From Nitrospiraceae bacterium UBA6905 (GTDB lineage Bacteria > Nitrospirota > Thermodesulfovibrionia > Thermodesulfovibrionales > UBA6898), in assembly GCA_002451165.1 (NCBI GenBank), contig DKBH01000003.1:38698-102697 (forward strand): DNA of 64,000 nt, written 5' to 3'. The position numbers and the translations under genes are program-made. Of the stretch, positions 18,933 to 26,799 are shown in pieces; within the stretch, counting starts at the first letter, position 1; each line of letters begins with the position of its first letter. The notes under the pieces are model-generated. The model saw nothing but the letters and a program-made list of their open reading frames with translations, did not search any database and was not told where the DNA came from.

Positions 18933-20279
18933 TTACCGGCGGTGTCCGCCACCCTTACCACTGCCGCGCGAGCTTCCGCCCGGGCGGCCAGTGCTTGGGG
19001 CTCCCATGCGGTCATTGCCTTTATGGCTGCCTCCTGGCATACTCCGTGGCTGCGTGCTCCTGTATTCGGGCCGCATGCTGCTGCCCTGCTGTCTCAGTTC
19101 GCTCCTCCGGCGGCTTTCGAACCCTCGTTCTTCGGCCCTGCGTTCAAACTTGCCGTTTCCGACTCCCCCAAACGTCGACTCCCGTCGTATCGTGCTCCGC
19201 GTCCTCTCCCGTTCCGTTCCTCCTCGCGGTACTGCCGGCCCGACATGCTTCTCGGTCCTCTCCCTGGACCGCTGGCGGTCGTGCCTTCCGGGTTCAGTAA
19301 CGCTGCCGTTGCGTCGTTCGCTGCGATCCTTTGTACTGCCGATATTTCTATCTCTGCGCTGGTCCGATGGGTATCCGCGCACGGCACGGTCGCTTCGGGA
19401 CTTCCGTGCAGGCCGATCGCCGAAACGGTCGCCTGTTCTTCTATCACGGTATGCAACCCCCCTCCGGTGTCTTGGGTCATGCTTCCAGTTTTGGTGACCA
19501 CCCTTATGACCGTCGTAGTGATGATGGAAATGCCGCGTTCGGTAATAATCAACATAGATATAATGGCTGTGCCAGTCGAACCAGCACCACGAGAACAGAT
19601 CTAACCCTATGAAAAAGCTGGGACCAAAGGTGATGAAGCCACCAGTCACGATTACACCGGAAGGGTAATACCAGTACCAGGGAGGATAGGCAGGATACCA
19701 CCAAGGGCCGTATACATAAACGGGATCATAGACCGGCACATAGACAATTTCGGGATTTGCCGGCTCGATCCGGATAGCCTCCCGCTCGACGATCACCTGC
19801 TGCTCCTTGGTTGTCCGCAGATTGCCCTGTTCGTCTGCCTTGCGGCGCAGCTCCTGCACAGTCGTCATGACATCATCCTGCTGGGCCAGATAGGCATCTC
19901 CCAGTGTCCGCGTCTGATCAAGTCTGTCGCTCATGGCAAAGAGAACATCAGGATAATGACAGAGCGACTTTACACTGGGGTCCCATGTTTTCTCCTGAAG
20001 GGCATTGTCCAGCGTATCCCCCTTCAGATCCTTGTTCTGACGGATCCAGCGTTCTGCTTCGACGACCTCGAGCGGGTAGGTTGCAGCCATCAGTATCTGG
20101 GCCAGCAGAGAATCGGGATACAGCGCGATTGGGGCGAGCATCTGAGCCAGTTCTTCCCTGCTGAACTTGTCGTCAGGAGCCGGTTCTCCGGCATCCTGCG
20201 CCTTTAATCCGCCCGGCAGGATAATCAAGTTCATAAGTATCAGCGCCAGACCCGTCAATATCCTGAGTGTCGTTTTCAT
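18933..20279 (-). CDS. DUF3300 family secreted protein with a long Arg-rich C-terminal tail
   Basis: LAQMLAPIALYPDSLLAQILMAATYPLEVVEAERW...WDPSVKSL..YPDVL is the DUF3300 signature. It lies beside DUF2950, a common pairing. Confidence 0.7.
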   Translation of the reverse strand: MKTTLRILTGLALILMNLIILPGGLKAQDAGEPAPDDKFSREELAQMLAPIALYPDSLLAQILMAATYPLEVVEAERWIRQNKDLKGDTLDNALQEKTWDPSVKSLCHYPDVLFAMSDRLDQTRTLGDAYLAQQDDVMTTVQELRRKADEQGNLRTTKEQQVIVEREAIRIEPANPEIVYVPVYDPVYVYGPWWYPAYPPWYWYYPSGVIVTGGFITFGPSFFIGLDLFSWCWFDWHSHYIYVDYYRTRHFHHHYDGHKGGHQNWKHDPRHRRGVAYRDRRTGDRFGDRPARKSRSDRAVRGYPSDQRRDRNIGSTKDRSERRNGSVTEPGRHDRQRSRERTEKHVGPAVPRGGTERERTRSTIRRESTFGGVGNGKFERRAEERGFESRRRSELRQQGSSMRPEYRSTQPRSMPGGSHKGNDRMGAPSTGRPGGSSRGSGKGGGHRR

Positions 20280-20625
20280 GGCGTCTCCTTTACTGCAACT
20301 TCCAGGCTGTTACGGAATCCGCCGGCAACCGTAGGCGGTTCCCCTGCGGGAGTGTTCTCTGCAATCAGGATCATGCATCAGGGCTCGGATTCGCGACGTA
20401 CGTCCTGAAATACACAATAAGGTCGTATTTGTATAACCCTGCAGGGTAGAGAGAGGTTTCTGCATGCCGCACGGCATGGACAACTGTAGAGAGAAGATAT
20501 CGATGGCAATGAAATGAATAGAAAGATGGACGCCGAGTAGCGCCCCTGCTATTGCGGATTGTTGAACAATGACAGGCTGTTATGATATCTTTGCGAAGAG
20601 CAAAATAACATTCCGAAAGGTGGTT

Positions 20626-21972
20626 ATGTCATATAACGCTTGGTTTCAGTGCATCAATCCCGCGTGCAAGGAGCGCTATCCTCTCAGTACGATCATCTAT
20701 CGCTGCAGGAATTGCGACTCACTGCTAGAAGTGCAGCATGACATGCAGGCGCTTGCCCACAGGAGTGCTAAGGCATGGATGAAGCTGTTCGAGGACCGGT
20801 ACAAATCTACCGAATGGCCCTACGGCTCAGGTGTTTGGGGCAAGAAGGAATGGGTACTTCCCGAGATCCATGATGACAACATTGTCTCGTTGTACGAGGG
20901 CGGTACGAATCTATTCTGGGCCGATCGCTTCGGGAAGATGGTCGGCATCGACAACCTCTGGATAAAGCTCTGCGGGAACTCTCACAGCGGTTCTTTTAAG
21001 GATCTCGGCATGACCGTACTGGTTTCGATGGTCAAACAGATGATCACTGATGGCGCACCGATCCAGGCGGTTGCCTGTGCATCCACCGGAGACACCTCTG
21101 CTGCACTGGCGGTCTACTGTGCAGCAGCGGGGATCCCGTCTGTTGTTCTGCTGCCGAAGGGCAAGATATCCATTGCGCAACTCGTGCAGCCTATTGCCAA
21201 CGGTGCGCTGGTCCTTTCCCTTGATACGGACTTTGACGGCTGCATGGCTGTAGTCAAGGAAATAACGAAAGATGAGACTATCTATCTGGCAAATTCGATG
21301 AACTCGCTGCGCATAGAAGGGCAGAAGACGGTCGGCATAGAGATTGTGCAGCAGTTTGACTGGGAAGTTCCTGATGTGATCATCATACCGGGAGGCAATC
21401 TCGGCAATGTCTCTGCCCTGGGGAGCGGTCTGATCATGATGCGCGATCTCGGTCTGATATCCCGGTTGCCTCGTATTGTGGTAGCACAGGCAGAGCGGGC
21501 GAATCCGCTTTACCGCTCATACCTGAAGAACTTCGAGACGTTCGAGCCGGTTCAGGCTCAGAAGACGCTTGCGAGTGCTATCCAGATCGGCAACCCGGTC
21601 AGCAGGGAAAAGGCAATCCGAACGCTGAAGCAGTTTGACGGCATTGTGGTGGACGCGACGGAACAGGAACTGGCAGACGCAGCAGCACTCGGCGATACCA
21701 CCGGCATGTTTAACTGCCCGCACACGGGTGTTGCCCTTGCGGGTATGATAAAACTGCTCAAAATGGGCAAGATTGACCGTTCTGAACATGTCGTTGTCAT
21801 ATCGACGGCGCACGGGCTGAAGTTTACGGATTTCAAAGTGTCCTATCATGAGGGCACGCTTGACTTCCCCTGCCGTTTTGCCAATAAACCGATAGAACTG
21901 CCGCCTACCGTAGTTGCAGTAAAGGAAGCCCTCCGCCATGCCCTGAAACAGAGGAGAGATAGAGATGTCTGA
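20626..21972 (+). CDS. thrC: Threonine synthase (with N-terminal zinc ribbon)
   Basis: RBS gaaaggtgg precedes the ATG at 20626. [10 protein letters not shown]...CRNC ribbon. PLP lysine region ([10 protein letters not shown]). Confidence 0.9.
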   Translation: MSYNAWFQCINPACKERYPLSTIIYRCRNCDSLLEVQHDMQALAHRSAKAWMKLFEDRYKSTEWPYGSGVWGKKEWVLPEIHDDNIVSLYEGGTNLFWADRFGKMVGIDNLWIKLCGNSHSGSFKDLGMTVLVSMVKQMITDGAPIQAVACASTGDTSAALAVYCAAAGIPSVVLLPKGKISIAQLVQPIANGALVLSLDTDFDGCMAVVKEITKDETIYLANSMNSLRIEGQKTVGIEIVQQFDWEVPDVIIIPGGNLGNVSALGSGLIMMRDLGLISRLPRIVVAQAERANPLYRSYLKNFETFEPVQAQKTLASAIQIGNPVSREKAIRTLKQFDGIVVDATEQELADAAALGDTTGMFNCPHTGVALAGMIKLLKMGKIDRSEHVVVISTAHGLKFTDFKVSYHEGTLDFPCRFANKPIELPPTVVAVKEALRHALKQRRDRDV

Positions 21973-23173
21973 GGAATCGTCCAACGCCGGGAACTGGAAA
22001 CCGTCAACACTTGCGATCCATGGACGCGGCCGTGTGCCCCACGCTCATTATGCCGTGTCAACGCCGATCGTCCATACCTCCAACTACTACTTCGATACCG
22101 CCGATGAGGTAGAAGAATTCATGCGAGCCAAGGGGCAGGGCAGGCTGCTGCGCGAGCACGAGTACGCCCGCTACGGTAACCCGACGCAGCAGGAATGTGA
22201 ACGCAAGCTTGCTGCCGTTGAGGGGGCTGAACGCGCGGTGCTGTATTCCTCTGGCATGGCCGCGGTCCTCCTGGTGATCATGACGTATGTGAAGCCTGAC
22301 AGCCATATCATTTTCACCGGTGACTGCTACCGCCAGACCCGCGATTTTGCCATGAACTTTCTCGGCAAGTTCAACGTACCCTTCTCGATCGTTGACCCTA
22401 CGGCAGATGCAATTGCTGCGGCCGTTCAGCCGAATACCAGTATCATCTTCACCGAATCTCCGACCAACCCGTATCTGCGGGTACTTGACATACCGGCAAT
22501 CGTACGCGTGGCAAAAGAACGCGGCATCATGACCGTTATCGATGCGACACTTGCCACGCCGTATAATATCAAGCCGATCGAGATGGGTGTGGATGTGGTG
22601 ATCCATTCTGCGACAAAATATCTGGGAGGTCACAATGACCTGATGGCAGGCGTCGCCCTTGGTTCGGATGCCCTCATGAATGATTTGTACAAGATGCAGC
22701 GCATGATCGGCGCTACACCCGGGCCTCTGACCTGTTTCCTGCTGGAGCGGGGGCTGAAGACCTTCGGCATGCGCATGGAGCATCACAACAACGCCGGCCT
22801 TGCCGTTGCGCGCATGCTCGAGGCGCACCCGAAGATCGAGAAAGTCTGGTATCCCGGCCTGAAATCGCATCCGGATTACCCTATTGCCGCAGCGCAGATG
22901 AGGGGGAACGGCAGCGTCATAAGCTTCCTCGTCAAGGGGGGAAACACTGAAACCCGGAAGTTCATCGACGCGCTTGAACTTTTCCTGATCACGCCGAGTC
23001 TCGGCGGCAGCGAGAGTCTGGTCACACAGATGTGGGCAATGTCCTTTTATGACTACCCGGAGGAATACCGCAGGAACATCGGCATGGTGGATAACCTGGT
23101 GCGGCTCGCTCTCGGGCTTGAAGACATCGATGATCTTATTGTCGATCTCCAGCAGGCGCTTGAAAAGATCTGA
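21965..23173 (+). CDS. Cys/Met-metabolism PLP enzyme (cystathionine gamma-synthase/beta-lyase family)
   Basis: YARYGNPTQ...[15 protein letters not shown], the PLP-lysine motif. 8 nt overlap with thrC. Confidence 0.85.
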   Translation: MSEESSNAGNWKPSTLAIHGRGRVPHAHYAVSTPIVHTSNYYFDTADEVEEFMRAKGQGRLLREHEYARYGNPTQQECERKLAAVEGAERAVLYSSGMAAVLLVIMTYVKPDSHIIFTGDCYRQTRDFAMNFLGKFNVPFSIVDPTADAIAAAVQPNTSIIFTESPTNPYLRVLDIPAIVRVAKERGIMTVIDATLATPYNIKPIEMGVDVVIHSATKYLGGHNDLMAGVALGSDALMNDLYKMQRMIGATPGPLTCFLLERGLKTFGMRMEHHNNAGLAVARMLEAHPKIEKVWYPGLKSHPDYPIAAAQMRGNGSVISFLVKGGNTETRKFIDALELFLITPSLGGSESLVTQMWAMSFYDYPEEYRRNIGMVDNLVRLALGLEDIDDLIVDLQQALEKI

Positions 23174-24252
23174 TTGCATTGCCGTGCCGGCCGTCCGACT
23201 GCATCCCGGGCTATGCACGTTCTTATCATGATGCGCGAAAAAACGGCGCCAGAACTCTTTGACATCGCCACAGCTGTGGAAGAGTTATGAAGTCATTCCA
23301 GTGCCTCCCGGGGATAACCTGCTAACGCTGCATGCTGGAAGGGGCTCACGACCGCTGAGCTGTTCCATCCGACGGGTTGCCCTGTGTTCATGCAGCGCTG
23401 CTGCATACGGTTTGCTTAACCGGTGCCGACGCTGGTCATTATGAACGTGCAGCTGGACCCCTCTGCAGGTTAATTCTGCTGCTGAATAGCAGGTATATTC
23501 AGCAGCTGGAAGATGCCTATGATTTCGCCTGCAAATGCGAATACCCTGAAGTGCCCCAGTTCTTCTGCGGGATTCTCAGTGATTGTGCTTCGCGTCCGGC
23601 CGGCTCACAGGAGAAGCATCTTTCCTGTCCCTGCCCGAAGACACCGTAAACGCAGTACATTCTATTTCCCCTGTGGCAGGTCTGTTCCTGGTTGCCTCAT
23701 GATCCTTTTGGAGGTATCGGCACCATATTTTTTCCTATGGGGTGTATTAGTGCGCTGCCCGGGTGAGATAGGAATGTCTGACACCTTCCGTTCTTTCTTC
23801 TCGGCGAAGATTTGTCTGGACTTCGCCCTGCTAATGTTCAGCGCCTGTGATACTGTTCGCTTCAAGAAAACCTGATGCTGTATCCAGGGGTATGTAGGCC
23901 TTCGCCAGTAACTGAAACTTTCCTATATTAGGCCGCCGGCATGACAATTGATATAACGAGTCCATCTGTTATTATGCCTGCTTGTTCTGGACGGCATGCG
24001 TCATGCCGGAGTCTTCGTTATAAGGACAATGCTTCCTGTGAATCCTCAGATCAAATTTTATCGCAGAGAATATCTTATCCCCTTATGGAGTCGATTTTGT
24101 ACAGCAGTGTTTCATGATGAAACATATTATTATGCAATTACAGCAGAACACCTACACATAAAAATATTAAATTCAAGAAGTTATTTGTTGTTTCCCTCAT
24201 GGCATACATATTGCTGCTAGGAGATCAGATATCAACCCAAAGGAGAAAAAAG

Positions 24253-24411
24253 ATGAAGACAGTAACTGATACATTCGAAAAGATCATGATGGCCGTAGCA
24301 TTTGCCGAGGCTGCTGAATTTGAGAAGGCAAGGCAATTTGTTTACGCGGACAGACCGGCCAGGAGGCCAAGACCTTATGCCCGTCTGCAGAAGCGTATAA
24401 TAGGGAGATAA
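24253..24411 (+). CDS. Small hypothetical protein (52 aa)
   Basis: RBS aaaggag lies 7-8 nt upstream of the ATG. The listed longer ORF start (24199) lacks an RBS. Confidence 0.3.
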   Translation: MKTVTDTFEKIMMAVAFAEAAEFEKARQFVYADRPARRPRPYARLQKRIIGR

Positions 24412-24683
24412 GAGGTCAGTACCGCGTAACCGAATGACCGCTGCCCGTTGAAGAGACCTCTAGCAGCTACAATCATATTTTCTTTGCCCTCTTATACTAT
24501 TGCACGCTTTGCGGTCGTATTGGCCGACGGGTCGCATTGGCGATATTGCGGTGAGCTACATTGCGGCAGGCAGCATTACACCGCGGATACCTCTGGATAA
24601 GGTTTCCGTCTCATCGCTTTATAGATTTCAACCGAACTTGCGACAGAAAGTATTCCAATCCAGTGGTCGAAGAGGAAAGACCT

Positions 24684-25136
24684 TTAATCGTAGGCACAAA
24701 CAGCTTCCTGTACGGCCTCATAGCTGCTTCCTGATGCTATAGCTTCCCAAGAAGCACGATCATGCTGCACGGAGTGAATGATCTTATTGTTTGCATCATA
24801 CAAAATAGCTACCAATTCCCGATGTTTGTTCTTTAAACAATCTATTTCTGTTAGATAGCCGGTATGGTCATAGGTGAGAGCCTTCTCGCCTTTAGCTTTT
24901 TCCATGAGATTCGTCGGGGCATCGGAAAGGAACCCTGTGTCCTTACCGGGAACGACCTTTATCCAGAGACTCACGGTGGTAGTCGAAGGGTAGACGATGC
25001 TCTTCTTCTTGATATATACATCCTCCTTCAGCAGACTCCATCCTTCCTTGCCTATATCGGCGATTGCATCACTGCAGAACGCCGAAAAGAGGCAGATGAG
25101 CGTGGCTGTGATTGTCATTGCCGAGAGTTTTTTCAT
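24684..25136 (-). CDS. Secreted hypothetical protein
   Basis: RBS aaggagg upstream. Signal peptide MKKLSAMTITATLICLFSAF. No family recognised. Confidence 0.5.
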   Translation of the reverse strand: MKKLSAMTITATLICLFSAFCSDAIADIGKEGWSLLKEDVYIKKKSIVYPSTTTVSLWIKVVPGKDTGFLSDAPTNLMEKAKGEKALTYDHTGYLTEIDCLKNKHRELVAILYDANNKIIHSVQHDRASWEAIASGSSYEAVQEAVCAYD

Positions 25137-25382
25137 AGCTGAACCTCCTTAAAAGAGAATCATTATGCCTGAAAATCTGTTATTTCAACCTGCCTCTCCG
25201 ATACCTATCATGATATCCTGCATGGGAGCACTGAGACAGATGCAGCCGAATAGAAGCATCAGCACCGGTCTCTGCCGTATTGTTCGCAGTGACTCCTGCC
25301 TCATTCAGGATAATGCCACCTGAACACCCGCAATTGTTTCTCGTATACTTTTTTCCCTATCTTCAACGAAGAAACCTTCTCA

Positions 25383-25472
25383 GCAGGCCCCGTTCCGCTC
25401 CGGAATAGGAACATAATCACATGCCAGTATGAAACAAGGATTAAGGCCCGGTTAAGCAATGTTCATACTGAA
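25383..25472. repeat. Left arm of a 90 bp imperfect inverted repeat
   Basis: Hand alignment to the reverse complement of 26533-26622 gives 81/90 identical positions. Confidence 0.9.
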
Positions 25473-26032
25473 TATCTCATCAGGAAAAAGCAGCGTAACA
25501 GCCATGTCAGGAACTGATTTCAAGGCCTCCTCGGGAATGAGCAATTATTCAGGGGATCTGTCGTGAGGCGATGGTGTTCTTATGCAGCTTACAAGGCAGC
25601 ATCATGCTATCATCCCGAGAAAATGCCTCAAATTGCCACAGAAATTAATCCTTGCCGTCCCACGAGGCGATCTCTCTGAGGCGTTACCAACAGAGTTGCA
25701 AAGACTAAGAAAAGCTTAATGAAATATGCGTCTGTGAGAATCATTGTATCCAATAGAAGCAATATTTTGAATTATAATGGCGGAGCAGAACCATTAGGAG
25801 ATGATAAAGATGGGCATATCCCCGAGCGATATGGGGGAAAACCAAGTTAATCTTTGATAATTTCTGGAATTATTGAATAGAGGAAGTTCGTATTTTTCTT
25901 ATTTTTCATGGTATTTAGCTTTTTCGTAATATCTTCGTCTGTAATCGTACTTAAATTTTGGCATTTTCATTGCAGTAAAAGGCAGGAAAGATTTCATATT
26001 CCCATAATAATGCAGGTATAAACTACATAAAG

Positions 26033-26061
26033 TTGACATAGCAGTCTTTGCTTGCTATGTA
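26033..26061 (+). promoter_or_regulatory. Candidate sigma70 promoter with an overlapping 8 bp-arm palindrome
   Basis: TTGACA (26033-38), 17 nt spacer, TATGTA (26056-61). The palindrome ACATAGCA-N9-TGCTATGT spans 26036-26060. Confidence 0.4.
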
Positions 26062-26142
26062 TTAAATATACGTTCGAAAAAGCCAAACGCACCGCAAGGG
26101 GCGGGCGGAAAGCAACGGGTCTTGCTGAGTACGGAAAGATAG

Positions 26143-26192
26143 CCGAGCTGCCGAATAATTCTAAGGAGTATTCGGTATGCTCGGTTTTTTTT
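26143..26192 (+). terminator. Rho-independent terminator
   Basis: Outer stem CCGAGC/GCTCGG and inner stem CCGAATA/TATTCGG, followed by eight T residues. Confidence 0.7.
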
Positions 26193-26532
26193 GTAGGGGG
26201 CCGATACCCGGCGGAGACTATCGCGTTACCGACGAAGTCGTGTATCGTGCCAGTTTTGGAGTTAGCCGTTGGTGGGGATGGGCAGGGATAGTAATTCCCT
26301 TATGCTTTTTTTGTAATTCAGGCTGCGGTGTTTCTGTTAGGAAGATTCGTTCTTCTGAATGAGATGATCTGATGACGGACACCTGCTGTTACAAGTCGAC
26401 CCCAGGAGCATTGTTTTCTGCTGCGGGAGGCTGAAGAGAATTTCTTTACATTCGTGCATAGCGCGTTGGACGAAGCCGATGTTTTTAAAAAATTGTACTG
26501 ACGGATAAATTTCCGTTGCGGTGAGGTCGAGC

Positions 26533-26622
26533 TTCAGCATGAACATTACTTAACCGGGCCTTAATCCTTGATTCATACTGGAATGTGATTATGTTCCTTT
26601 CCTGGAACGGAACAGTGCCTGC
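26533..26622. repeat. Right arm of the 90 bp imperfect inverted repeat
   Basis: See the left arm. The arms are separated by 1060 bp. Confidence 0.9.
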
Positions 26623-26799
26623 CGACTACGATGGCATTTTTGACAGCCACGAAGATGCCTGAGACAGGGGATTACGGGCGATTTAGCCATGATTCAGTGC
26701 ATGAGGGAATAAGGACGGAATAGCCATGAAAGGTTACCAGTGAGGGAAAACAGAACAGTAAGCCATCGTTCAGCAGATCTTACGCAGGGCGGTGAACGT

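Noticed and set aside
20466-20482. CATGCCG-ca-CGGCATG palindrome, recurring in permuted form as CGGCATG-cgt-CATGCCG at 23991-24007
   Set aside because: These are only 7 bp arms with different arm order and spacing. Two occurrences in 64 kb could be chance, so there is no basis for a shared regulator site.
23513-23875. ORFs in the 23.2-23.9 kb gap (23259..23444, 23377..23649, 23513..23875, 23662..23865)
   Set aside because: They overlap one another, lack RBSs, have Cys/Arg/Pro-rich unnatural composition, and match no recognisable family.
25420-25445. Sigma54-type promoter (TGGCAT/TGGAAT ... ) in the outward-facing repeat arms, and TGGAACGGAACAGTGC at 26603
   Set aside because: The GG-to-GC spacing is off by one, or the -12 TTGC element is missing, in both copies. 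A sigma70-like -35/-10 pair fits better.
26068-26142. Possible known riboswitch (c-di-GMP-I/II, fluoride, ZTP, SAM, etc.) in the candidate sRNA
   Set aside because: The ACGCAC and GCAAGGGGC strings superficially recall GEMM. The conserved tetraloop/receptor elements and the motifs of the other classes are absent, and no downstream gene is controlled.
26177-26362. 61-aa ORF (MLGFFCRGPIPGG...) with AAGGAG 8 nt upstream
   Set aside because: The SD lies in the loop and the ATG in the 3' stem of a strong terminator hairpin. Codons 3-5 are simply the terminator T-run. It is more parsimonious to read this as a terminator. A translated, Cys-rich small peptide cannot be fully excluded.
26337-26546. 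69-aa minus-strand ORF starting inside the right repeat arm, and the matching 34-aa ORF from the left arm at 25459
   Set aside because: The two peptides share only the first about five residues, which are encoded by the repeat itself, and diverge immediately afterwards. Neither has a properly spaced SD.
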